DNA of 64,000 nucleotides, taken from an uncultured Candidatus Saccharibacteria bacterium. GTDB lineage: Bacteria; Patescibacteriota; Minisyncoccia; Phycocordibacterales; UBA1006. Of this stretch, positions 53,547 through 62,357 are shown piece after piece. The position numbers and the translations under genes are program-made. Each line of letters starts with the position of its first letter. Position 1 is the first letter of the stretch. The stretch is from positions 3,053-67,052 of the forward strand of contig CAYQCC010000003.1 in the NCBI GenBank assembly GCA_964415895.1. Direction: 5' to 3'. The notes beneath the pieces were generated by a model. It was not told where the DNA came from. It searched no databases and was given only the letters and a program-made list of their open reading frames with translations.

Positions 53547-54374
53547 TTAAAATAGATTAAATTTTTCCCTTAATTCCTTTGGAATATAAAAATCTTTCGA
53601 TAATTTCTTTCTTAGTTTTTTCGCCTTTTCCTTATTTCTCTCGATAATCAATTTTACTTTTTTCGTCTGGAAATCTATTTTCTGGATGTTTTGTTCTAAT
53701 TCATTAATATTTTTTGCTATTTTATAACATTCTTCTATTTCTTGAACTGTTTTTTTTGAAAGCTGTGTAGTAATAATATATTCATTAAATATCGCTATAT
53801 AGCCAGATTTATCCAGTGGTATACTATCAATATAAATACGAACATATTCGCTTTCAATTATTTTTTTTGTTTCTATTTCTAGTGGTGAATTAGATCCAAC
53901 TAATGAAAATGCAAATTTCTTATCTCGGATAAAGGATTTATAGTATTCAATTTCAGATTTTTTTCGAGATTCTCCTAAATGAATCCATATATAGTGGTAG
54001 TTGTAGAAAAAAATGGGGTCATTAGTATATTTTTCATGTAAAGGAAGTACAATATTTTTCCATTGAATATCGTGGTGATTAAGCGATGAGAGTATATAAA
54101 TATATTGTTCCCCTTCATTAATTTCAAAATCTTTTTCTTGTCCTAACTCTCTAATTACTTGTTGTTGCCATTCTTTATTTAATGAGTACTTAGTCCCTCT
54201 TTTAAAAACTATTTCTTGCTCTAATAAATCTCGTAAAACAACATATAATGCCTGAATCGTATACTTCCCATGCTCTTGTTTGATCTTTGAAAGCATATGT
54301 TTTGCAGTACTTTCAGATATTATTAAGCTTTTCACAATTAAATCCTCAATGTGTGCTTTTTTGGAGAATAACAT
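53547..54374 (-). CDS. wHTH-like 275-aa protein, paralog family member 3
   Basis: See paralogs; C-terminus 'KKLRKKLSKDFYIPKELREKFNLF'. Confidence 0.5.
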   Translation of the reverse strand: MLFSKKAHIEDLIVKSLIISESTAKHMLSKIKQEHGKYTIQALYVVLRDLLEQEIVFKRGTKYSLNKEWQQQVIRELGQEKDFEINEGEQYIYILSSLNHHDIQWKNIVLPLHEKYTNDPIFFYNYHYIWIHLGESRKKSEIEYYKSFIRDKKFAFSLVGSNSPLEIETKKIIESEYVRIYIDSIPLDKSGYIAIFNEYIITTQLSKKTVQEIEECYKIAKNINELEQNIQKIDFQTKKVKLIIERNKEKAKKLRKKLSKDFYIPKELREKFNLF

Positions 54375-54441
54375 AGCTTTATAATATCATATTTTTAAAA
54401 TAATTTTTTAAAAATATATCATAAAACAACATTATTTTGAT

Positions 54442-55152
54442 ATGTCAATTATTTTCAGGTATAGTTACTTTGCTATGAAAAAAATAACTAACCAATATAA
54501 TAATTTTTCTGAAACATACTCAAAAAATGTTAATTATGACAAAAAAAGCAATGTTGCCTTTTATCAACATATTGATTTTAACCTTACTAATAAAAAATTA
54601 TTAGACATAGGTTGTGGTGATGGTGTGGATTTATATAAATTTCAAAAATTAGGTGCTGTTGTGTATGGAATTGATCCAAGTAAAGAATTTATCGATATAT
54701 CAAAGAAAAATAACCCAACTGGAATATTAAAACAAGGCATGGCGGAATTAATACCCTTTAATAATGAAACATTTGATGTTGTAGTATCTAAATGGGCACT
54801 ACAAACATGTTCTGATCTTCCAAAAGTATTATATGAAGTAGGTCGAGTACTAAAAAAGAATGGATTATTTGTATTACTTTCTAAGCATCCCTGGATGCAG
54901 TGGATGGAAAAAAATAGGGATTATGGCAATGGTGTAGATTATTATGAACAAAAAATTGTAACTTCTAATATTTATGAGGGAAAAATTGTTTTAAAAGAAC
55001 CAACACATACAATTAATGACTATTTGAATTCTGAATTTTTAAACCAATTTGAAATAATGTCTTATGAAGAAAATACTGATTTTCCTGCAAGCGAACAAAT
55101 TGATGGGAAAATTTATCCTACCTATTTTATAATTAAGGCTCGTAAAAAATAA
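54442..55152 (+). CDS. Class I SAM-dependent methyltransferase (paralog)
   Basis: 'LLDIGCGDGVD'; 'YPTYFIIKARKK'. Confidence 0.7.
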   Translation: MSIIFRYSYFAMKKITNQYNNFSETYSKNVNYDKKSNVAFYQHIDFNLTNKKLLDIGCGDGVDLYKFQKLGAVVYGIDPSKEFIDISKKNNPTGILKQGMAELIPFNNETFDVVVSKWALQTCSDLPKVLYEVGRVLKKNGLFVLLSKHPWMQWMEKNRDYGNGVDYYEQKIVTSNIYEGKIVLKEPTHTINDYLNSEFLNQFEIMSYEENTDFPASEQIDGKIYPTYFIIKARKK

Positions 55153-55154
55153 TT

Positions 55155-55703
55155 ATGAAAATAGCCATCTTTAGTTCGTGGTTACCAGAGATTACTCAGG
55201 AAAATAGAGACCTTATAGTTAAGATAAGTGAATACTTATGCAGTAAAAATATAACCGTTGTTACGGGTGGTTGCAGCGGAATACCGGCGCTCGCGATAGA
55301 AACTGCGTTTAACCTAAAAAATAAAACAATGGGTTACTTCCCATTAAAAGATCAGCAAGATTATTTTGATCGACAGCACGAGAAAAATATTCACTGTATT
55401 GATTTTTATTCAACTGCTCATTTTGTTGCAGGGTTTACCGCGCGAAGTCTTGAAATGATTAAAAATGTCGACGCAGCCATAGTTTTAAATGGTCGTATTG
55501 GAACACTATCTGAATTCGGCATTGCAATCGAAGAAGGCTTACCCCTTGCTGTCATCGAAGGAACGGGTGGAGTTAGTAATGAACTGCGCACTATCGTGAC
55601 TGTCGCGCAAAAGGAACTTCCAAATAATGAAGTTATTTTTGAAAAGAATTATAAAAAAGCAATTGATAAATTAATCGAAAACTACAATCTAAAAACCGCT
55701 TAG
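55155..55703 (+). CDS. LOG/SLOG-superfamily Rossmann protein (paralog of 53004..53537)
   Basis: 'TGGCSGIPALA', 'NGRIGTLSEFGIAIEEG'. Confidence 0.6.
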   Translation: MKIAIFSSWLPEITQENRDLIVKISEYLCSKNITVVTGGCSGIPALAIETAFNLKNKTMGYFPLKDQQDYFDRQHEKNIHCIDFYSTAHFVAGFTARSLEMIKNVDAAIVLNGRIGTLSEFGIAIEEGLPLAVIEGTGGVSNELRTIVTVAQKELPNNEVIFEKNYKKAIDKLIENYNLKTA

Positions 55704-55714
55704 GCGGTTTTTAG

Positions 55715-55984
55715 TTACATAATCCTTTTAATCACCAACTTCATCCCATGTTCTTTCAGATGCTTGTTCAAATCATCCATGCACGGTTCGCATTGCGCGG
55801 AGAACTTGGCGCGGATAATAGGGGAGACATGCAGCTGGATCATGTTTTTCGTAAGGATAATATCTTTTCGATCTATTTCAATGCTGCAGTTTTCTTTCAG
55901 ATACTTCATTAGAAAATCACGCACACGTGTTTCAGTGGGAATTCCTCTTGCAACTATAGGTAGTAATTCAAGGAAAGATTTCAT
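55715..55984 (-). CDS. Hypothetical protein, 89 aa
   Basis: ORF track only. Confidence 0.35.
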   Translation of the reverse strand: MKSFLELLPIVARGIPTETRVRDFLMKYLKENCSIEIDRKDIILTKNMIQLHVSPIIRAKFSAQCEPCMDDLNKHLKEHGMKLVIKRIM

Positions 55985-55994
55985 AATAAGTTAA

Positions 55995-57104
55995 TTAGTT
56001 TCGATTTAATGGCATGATCAGATACAAGAATGTATTATCATGCTGTCCGCGTACAATTAATGGTTTTTTAGGGTCTAACCATTCAAAGAACAATGAATCA
56101 CTTTGAATAATATTAATTCCTTCTTGGATTTGCTGAGCAGATAATCCAACCTCGATTGAATTTCCCTCGATCACCGCATCAAGCGTCGTATGAATTTCAC
56201 CAACACTTGTGTTCTCGGCGTGAAACAAAACTGTTTTATCTTCCGCACTCACTGTCATGGTGATGTGGTGGTAGTGGTTTGAAAAGAGGGGAATGGTTTT
56301 TAATAGATGAACCAGGTCGTTTCGCAGGATAATTACTTGAGTTGTGTGGGTTGTTGGAATAATTTTTGTATAGTCTGGAAAATTTCCATGGGTCAGCTGC
56401 GCAGTAATAAAGATATTTTGTGTTTGTAGGTAGATCTGATGATCGTTTACTGAAAGTATTACGTCCTCGTCTGAGTCTGCTAGAATTTTGATAATATCCT
56501 GAGCATTTTTAATTGGGAGTAGGAACGACCCAATGGATTCTGCGTTTATAAAGGCAATTTTCTTTTCTGCGAGGCGAAACGCGTCAGTGGCTACAAAATA
56601 AAGATTATTCTCCTTGCCAGTAATGTAAATACTTGATAATTCTGGCTTAATATCACTGTTTGATCCAGCGAATAACACTGACTTCATGCCTGATAGTAAG
56701 TCTGATACAGGAAGTGTTATCTGCGTGTCACCATCAACCTTTTTAGGAAGTTCTGGAAAATCGTCTACCGGGAAAGTTTTAAGCTTACTTTTTGATTTTT
56801 TGGTCTTGATATGAAAAATATCACCTTCTGTTTCGCATGTAATAGTTTCTTGGTGAGGAATACCAGAAAGAACTTGTGAGAAGTAGCTTCCAGGTAGAGC
56901 ACATACACCAGGTTCGTCGACTTTTGCTGAAATAGTTATTTCTGCACCCGTGTGTAAGTTGGTAGATCTAAATACTACCTTTCCATCAGTTGTTGCAGTA
57001 CATAAGATGCATGACAGCACTGGAAGTGTTGGATGCTTTCCTGTCACCTTTTCAGTTTTTGTGATTGCAGAGAATATTTTCTCATGAGAGCATTCGAATT
57101 TCAT
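55995..57104 (-). CDS. dnaN: DNA polymerase III beta sliding clamp
   Basis: 369 aa; three-domain clamp pattern; directly downstream of dnaA. Confidence 0.85.
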   Translation of the reverse strand: MKFECSHEKIFSAITKTEKVTGKHPTLPVLSCILCTATTDGKVVFRSTNLHTGAEITISAKVDEPGVCALPGSYFSQVLSGIPHQETITCETEGDIFHIKTKKSKSKLKTFPVDDFPELPKKVDGDTQITLPVSDLLSGMKSVLFAGSNSDIKPELSSIYITGKENNLYFVATDAFRLAEKKIAFINAESIGSFLLPIKNAQDIIKILADSDEDVILSVNDHQIYLQTQNIFITAQLTHGNFPDYTKIIPTTHTTQVIILRNDLVHLLKTIPLFSNHYHHITMTVSAEDKTVLFHAENTSVGEIHTTLDAVIEGNSIEVGLSAQQIQEGINIIQSDSLFFEWLDPKKPLIVRGQHDNTFLYLIMPLNRN

Positions 57105-57386
57105 AGTAGTAATAGATTTGAATTGATAATTTTTTAAAATACAAGATTATTATGAGGGGTGTGGATACTGTGGAAAAGTTTTTATATCCTTACGGTAACA
57201 ATCTTATTTTCATAAACGAGTGTTGATAATTGTTTGGATAAAAACAAATAGTAAACAGTGTTGTGAATATTATTCTAAACCATACAAACTTATTAAATGT
57301 TTTCCCACACTTACAAGTATGTTATCCAAAAGAAATAAGTGAGATACCACCATACTTCTCCACACCCTTATCCCAATAATTTGTTT
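57105..57386. promoter_or_regulatory. oriC: oriC segment (dnaN-dnaA spacer): AT-rich with DnaA-box-like 9-mers (tgtggatac 57160..57168, ttatccaaa 57322..57330, ttctccaca, cttatccca)
   Basis: Matches to TTATCCACA/TGTGGATAA with 1 or 2 mismatches counted by eye; AT-rich 'ttttttaaaat' candidate DUE. Confidence 0.55.
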
Positions 57387-58775
57387 TTATGTTTGCAACA
57401 TGGCACGAATTTGTTCGATATCATGAATTAAGTTTGGACTCTCTGTTAGTTCGCGTGTAATCTTTTCATATGAGTGCATTACGGTTGTATGATCGCGTCC
57501 TCCTAATTTCTTTCCTATATGAGGGAATGAGATACTGTAATCTTCTCGTAAAATATACATAGCCACCTGGCGTGCCTCAACAATTTCTTTTCTACGATTC
57601 TTTTCATACATAGATGCTTCTTCAAGGTTATAAAAATGTGCCACTACCTTTACAATATCTTCCAATGAAATATTTCGTTTTGGTTTAATATTATTTTTAA
57701 TAAGAAGTTTTATTTCTTGAATATTTAATTCTCTTTTCCGTAATTCCATCTGCATAATAAGGGTGTTAATAATACCCTCTAATTCGCGAATATTACCCTC
57801 TACATGGCTCGCAATGTAATCAATTGACTCTTCGGTTAGTTGGAAATTATGAGCCTTTAATTTTGATTGTAGGATCGCACTACGAGATTCATATTCTGGA
57901 CGAGCCATATCAACAGTCATTCCGGCAGAAAATCTTGATTTTAAACGATCTTCTAGGCCTACAATATAGTTTGGGTGCTTATCAGAAGAGAATATTAACT
58001 GACGGTTCCTATCATGAAGTGTGTTAAATAAATGGAATAATTCTTCTTGAACCTTCTCTTTTCCTGCTGAGAAAAATTGAATATCATCCATAATTAATAC
58101 ATCACAAGTTCTATATTTCTCTTTAAATTGGTTTATACGGTTTGTTTGAAGTGATGAGACATAATCCATCAGGAATTTTTCAGAACTTGTATAAAAGACG
58201 TTCAAGTTTGGATTACTTGCAACCATTGCGTTCCCTACTGCTTGAACAAGGTGAGTTTTTCCAATTCCTGTTGACCCGTAAATAAATAATGGATTAAATG
58301 ACCCAGGTTTTTTAATAACAGCCTGAGCCGCAGAATACGCAACTTCATTAAATGATCCAATAATAAATGTTTCGAATGTATATTTTGGATTTAGATTATT
58401 TTTTCTTGGTACTGAATGGTCAAGTGGTAATTCTTGCATAATCTCCTTCTCCATCTTTTCTTGTTCTGTGGCAATTGGCGCAGTAACCACCTTTGTTGGT
58501 TTTTTTGCAATAATAAATTCAACTGACCTAATATTTTCTCGATGACTGCGGATAGATTTTAATACTTCGCGACTAAATTTTGTCGCAAGCCAGTCCTTAA
58601 TAAACTCATTAGGTACGCCCACAAAAAAAACGCCGTCCTCCTCGCGCACTGCGTGAGTATTTTTGAACCACGTTGTAAAATTGGCCTTTGAAACGGACAA
58701 TTCTATTTCAGCGAGTACGGTTTCCCAAAGGTTTGTGACATCCTGCATACACGTTAAAAGAGAGTTACTGAGCAC
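57387..58775 (-). CDS. dnaA: Chromosomal replication initiator DnaA
   Basis: Walker A 'GSTGIGKTHL', sensor and box VII regions, C-terminal DNA-binding 'HTTVMHSYEKI'. Confidence 0.9.
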   Translation of the reverse strand: MLSNSLLTCMQDVTNLWETVLAEIELSVSKANFTTWFKNTHAVREEDGVFFVGVPNEFIKDWLATKFSREVLKSIRSHRENIRSVEFIIAKKPTKVVTAPIATEQEKMEKEIMQELPLDHSVPRKNNLNPKYTFETFIIGSFNEVAYSAAQAVIKKPGSFNPLFIYGSTGIGKTHLVQAVGNAMVASNPNLNVFYTSSEKFLMDYVSSLQTNRINQFKEKYRTCDVLIMDDIQFFSAGKEKVQEELFHLFNTLHDRNRQLIFSSDKHPNYIVGLEDRLKSRFSAGMTVDMARPEYESRSAILQSKLKAHNFQLTEESIDYIASHVEGNIRELEGIINTLIMQMELRKRELNIQEIKLLIKNNIKPKRNISLEDIVKVVAHFYNLEEASMYEKNRRKEIVEARQVAMYILREDYSISFPHIGKKLGGRDHTTVMHSYEKITRELTESPNLIHDIEQIRAMLQT

Positions 58776-58941
58776 CTAATAAAAAGATATCCACAGTATA
58801 TATCCTTTTGCCTTCAATGTGAAATTAAAATCTCGGGTTTACTATGTGGATTACCTGTTGAAAAAGTGGATAACTAAACATTTCGAAACTTGTCAAAATA
58901 CCTTGCACATTTTTTATTTTCATGTATTATGGCTCGTATCT
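58776..58941. promoter_or_regulatory. oriC: dnaA-rpmH divergent spacer with DnaA boxes (atatccaca 58787..58795, tgtggatta 58845..58853, agtggataa 58865..58873)
   Basis: Box matches read directly; classic dnaA autoregulatory/origin region. Confidence 0.55.
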
Positions 58942-59076
58942 ATGTCAGTTACCTACCAACCAAAGGTTAAAAAACGAAAAACAACTCACGGTTTTCTGGT
59001 TCGTCAAGCTACAACCAGCGGACGAAACACAATCCGAAACCGACGTCGCAAAGGACGAGCAAAATTAGCTGTATAA
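58942..59076 (+). CDS. rpmH: 50S ribosomal protein L34
   Basis: '[44 protein letters not shown]'. Confidence 0.9.
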   Translation: MSVTYQPKVKKRKTTHGFLVRQATTSGRNTIRNRRRKGRAKLAV

Positions 59077-59130
59077 TCACCTTGTTTAACAATAAAAGCC
59101 TTATTTATAAGGCTTTTATTGTGGCTATAC

Positions 59131-59158
59131 TTGACAAATAATCTAATATGATTATAAT
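59131..59158 (+). promoter_or_regulatory. Near-consensus sigma70-type promoter: TTGACA, 16-nt spacer, TATAAT
   Basis: Exact -35 and -10 hexamers at 59131..59136 and 59153..59158. Confidence 0.5.
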
Positions 59159-59164
59159 GCCTAG

Positions 59165-59266
59165 CTAACATTATTCACAGGTATGTGCTGTGTCTATGCC
59201 AGGGTGTTCTAAAGGGTTACGACCTTTAGAATGCCTGTTGCCAAGCTTGTGAAAGCTTGGTTTTTT
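59165..59266 (+). ncRNA. Candidate ~100-nt small RNA or leader between rpmH and rnpA (two hairpins, the second an intrinsic terminator ccaagctt-gtga-aagcttgg + T6)
   Basis: Promoter upstream, hairpin ttctaaagg-N7-cctttagaa at 59199..59225, terminator 59241..59266; no ORF. Confidence 0.3.
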
Positions 59267-59310
59267 AATATATATTTCCCTTTAAGTTCCAACCATGGTA
59301 TGGTTTTTAC

Positions 59311-59682
59311 ATGATTTCAAGTAAATACCGTATTTCTAAACAGCATTTCCCTGCTATTCTACGAAACCCATCCATAAATGGAGCCTATTTTCGTGCGGTT
59401 ATTGCGCCTTCATTTTCAACAAATAAGCCTCATTTTGCGGTTATTATCTCGAAAAAACATGCAAACCTCGCTGTTATACGTAATTTATTTCGACGCACTG
59501 TATATCAGGTAATACATGATAAAATAAGCCAAATACCTGTAAAATCAATCATTTTTGTCATGCAAAAAGCAGTAATATATGAAAAAACCGCGCTAGGACG
59601 AAAAAATGCCACATTACAGCTCGCTAATGACATAAACAATGTCTTAGATCAAATCATTAAAAAATATGACAAAAACAAGTAA
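59311..59682 (+). CDS. rnpA: Ribonuclease P protein component
   Basis: '[15 protein letters not shown]' RNR-like motif; position after rpmH. Confidence 0.8.
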   Translation: MISSKYRISKQHFPAILRNPSINGAYFRAVIAPSFSTNKPHFAVIISKKHANLAVIRNLFRRTVYQVIHDKISQIPVKSIIFVMQKAVIYEKTALGRKNATLQLANDINNVLDQIIKKYDKNK

Positions 59683-59899
59683 TTCACCTTCAAAAAAGAT
59701 TGGGATTTTTTTGATCAAAATATACCAACTCATCTTGCGACCATTATTCCCTTCCGCGTGCAGATTTACTCCAACCTGTTCCGAGTATTCAATCCAAGCA
59801 ATTGAAAAATATGGGTTTTTAAAAGGTGTAACTCTAGGGATAAAACGAATCTCGCGTTGCCATGGCGGGAATATTGGTGGATTAGATGAACTAAAATAA
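59666..59899 (+). CDS. yidD: Membrane protein insertion efficiency factor YidD
   Basis: '[19 protein letters not shown]...RCHGG'. Confidence 0.85.
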   Translation: MTKTSNSPSKKIGIFLIKIYQLILRPLFPSACRFTPTCSEYSIQAIEKYGFLKGVTLGIKRISRCHGGNIGGLDELK

Positions 59900-59922
59900 T
59901 ATCTATCTCAAGGTCTATCTTT

Positions 59923-60660
59923 GTGATATACTCACATTCTATGTTTAACACCATCGTTTTTATACCACTTACCAATGCGCTTGTATTTCTAACATCATTA
60001 TTATGGGGAAATATCGGACTTGCAGTTATTGTTTTAACTATATTAATAAAATTAATACTCCTACCTTTTTCATACGCTCAAACTAAAAGCCAGATTGCTA
60101 TTAAAAAGATTCAGCCATTAATTGATGATATCAAGAAGAATACACCAGACAAAACAGAACAAACTCAAAAAATAATGGCATTGTATAAGGAACACAACAC
60201 CAATCCATTATCTGGATGTTTGCCTTTAATTATTCAGTTGCCAATTATTATTGCACTCTATCAAGTATTTTTACGAGGAGCATCTGTCGATGGAAGTGTA
60301 CTATATTCATTTGTACACGCGCCAGAAACGATTTCAAATATGTTTCTAGGAATTAATATGGCAGACAAAAGTATCATCATTGCGTTAATTGCTGGAATAT
60401 CTCAGTATTTCCAATTGAAATTATCTCCAAGTATGAAGGATGATGTTGCTACTGTTACAACTGGTTCATCTGATATGCAAACAGAAATGATGGCAAATAT
60501 GTCGAAAGTTATGAAATATAGCTTACCTGTTATGATTACCGTGTTTGCAGCACTTGTTCCTGCAGCTGTTGCGTTGTACTGGGTTGTAACTAACTTGTTC
60601 CAAATTGTTCAAGAGTGGTGGATTAATAAAAAGGTTAATGCGTTAACTATAAAAGTATAA
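59923..60660 (+). CDS. yidC: Membrane protein insertase YidC (short form)
   Basis: 'NIGLAVIVLTILIKLILLPF...SQIAIKKIQP...GCLPLIIQLPI'. Confidence 0.8.
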   Translation: MIYSHSMFNTIVFIPLTNALVFLTSLLWGNIGLAVIVLTILIKLILLPFSYAQTKSQIAIKKIQPLIDDIKKNTPDKTEQTQKIMALYKEHNTNPLSGCLPLIIQLPIIIALYQVFLRGASVDGSVLYSFVHAPETISNMFLGINMADKSIIIALIAGISQYFQLKLSPSMKDDVATVTTGSSDMQTEMMANMSKVMKYSLPVMITVFAALVPAAVALYWVVTNLFQIVQEWWINKKVNALTIKV

Positions 60661-60704
60661 ATAAAAACATCTCATACGAGATGTTTTTATTTATCTATTC
60701 TTTA

Positions 60705-62294
60705 TTAATTTGCGCCACCTACACGATATGACCATAATTCATTACTAATTTTATTAATGAAAAATAAGTAGCCGGCTTCTGGATGTGATTCCATTTTAAT
60801 AATATCTATAACTTGTTTTGGAACAGCTACCTGTTCTACTGATTTTGTAGATACGGTATAGCTCCAAAGAGTATCTGAAAGATTTACTAAACCTTTATAC
60901 CAGTCGTCAGGATAAGTTCCTGTTGGAAACGAGTTAACAATACCGCAATATAATATATCGTTTGAATACCAAGCACATTTCTCTGGAAGGGTTGTGAAAG
61001 GCATATTTTGAATGGTGCCTGTAGTTATATCAACCAGACGAGTAGTTAACATGTTGCCTTCAGTGGTGGCAGTTAGTGTATGTACACCGTCCGGGCTGGT
61101 TAGTGTTGTTAGTCCTCGTAATGGTCCAAGTAATTTAGAAAATGTATTTGTTACTGGGTTAAGTCCGTACATATATCCATCAACAGACGCTGCTGAATAT
61201 GTTGTTAACGTAACAAGGTTTTTATTTACATACTGAGGCATCCATTCATTAAATGATGAACTAAATACAGGTTTCACCTGGTTTGAATCAGAAAAGCGAA
61301 TTGAACCCTTTGTCTTTAGCTTATCTGTTTCCAACGCAAAGAAGTCGCCTGTTTGTAAGTTATGTACCAACTGTGAAACGTATCCTGTAACCAAAGACCC
61401 CTTCAACTCTTTTGGTTCATTGGTATTGGCGAGCTCGGCTTCTTTTTGTATATCAACACACTCTTTTGATAGCGCATCACGCGTTGCCTGATCAACAATA
61501 CCTGTTTCTTTTAGGGCTGACATGTTTTGAACCTTTTTAACTGATGCTTCAGTTCCTTTTCCAAATATTCCGTCCAATTTTAAGTTCTGACTGAATTTGT
61601 AGTTTAAATAATCTTGTAGAATTTTTACCTGATCATTTTTATCTTTTATTTTAAGATCAGCTGTTAGTGTTGTTGTACACACTTGCGGAACTGTTATTTT
61701 TTTATCACTTGGAATAGTTAATTTAAATGTTTCAATACCATTATTCTTTTCATATCGCAGGAAGCCAACATTACCGGTTGCGTTAAATATTAATTCTTCT
61801 GCAGACGGTAAGTCAGTTTTTGTTATTTGACTGTTTAAAATTGAACTATCTTCAACTATTCCATCAAAAATATGTCCATTACGCTGATCGTTGTAGCGTA
61901 TGTGGTGAGCGGTGAAAGGAATTGTTATTTGTTTTTCTTTCCCTGTTTTCTCATCTATAACTGTTTCGATTCTTATATTTTTTACAAGAAATGAGACAAA
62001 TCCAGAAACAGGAAACGATGTTATTTTACGTAGTCGTTCTTTTGTATTGCTTGAAACAGGATTTACCTCGAGTTCAGTAATTGGGTTGTCAGTACTTGTG
62101 CCATCTATAGTTATGATTCCGTTACTCTCAGACAATGCTCTTTCGTCAAATGGGACAAGTGATTTATTTACAGAAACTGATTGAAGTGAGTTGTCATTTT
62201 TTCCTGCAAAAAAGATGAAATAAATAGTAACACCTAAAAACAGCAAAATAACAATCGCTGCAATAGTAAGAAGTCGTTTTCCGCGTTGATCCAT
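60705..62294 (-). CDS. Membrane-anchored protein with peptidoglycan-binding (PG_binding_1) domain
   Basis: N-terminal TM; 'VKILQDYLNYKFSQNLKLDGIFGKGTEASVKKVQ'. Confidence 0.55.
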   Translation of the reverse strand: MDQRGKRLLTIAAIVILLFLGVTIYFIFFAGKNDNSLQSVSVNKSLVPFDERALSESNGIITIDGTSTDNPITELEVNPVSSNTKERLRKITSFPVSGFVSFLVKNIRIETVIDEKTGKEKQITIPFTAHHIRYNDQRNGHIFDGIVEDSSILNSQITKTDLPSAEELIFNATGNVGFLRYEKNNGIETFKLTIPSDKKITVPQVCTTTLTADLKIKDKNDQVKILQDYLNYKFSQNLKLDGIFGKGTEASVKKVQNMSALKETGIVDQATRDALSKECVDIQKEAELANTNEPKELKGSLVTGYVSQLVHNLQTGDFFALETDKLKTKGSIRFSDSNQVKPVFSSSFNEWMPQYVNKNLVTLTTYSAASVDGYMYGLNPVTNTFSKLLGPLRGLTTLTSPDGVHTLTATTEGNMLTTRLVDITTGTIQNMPFTTLPEKCAWYSNDILYCGIVNSFPTGTYPDDWYKGLVNLSDTLWSYTVSTKSVEQVAVPKQVIDIIKMESHPEAGYLFFINKISNELWSYRVGGAN

Positions 62295-62357
62295 AATGTG
62301 AAGTATATCATAAATTAAAAAAACCTCGAACGAGGTGATTTTAACAAATAATATTAC

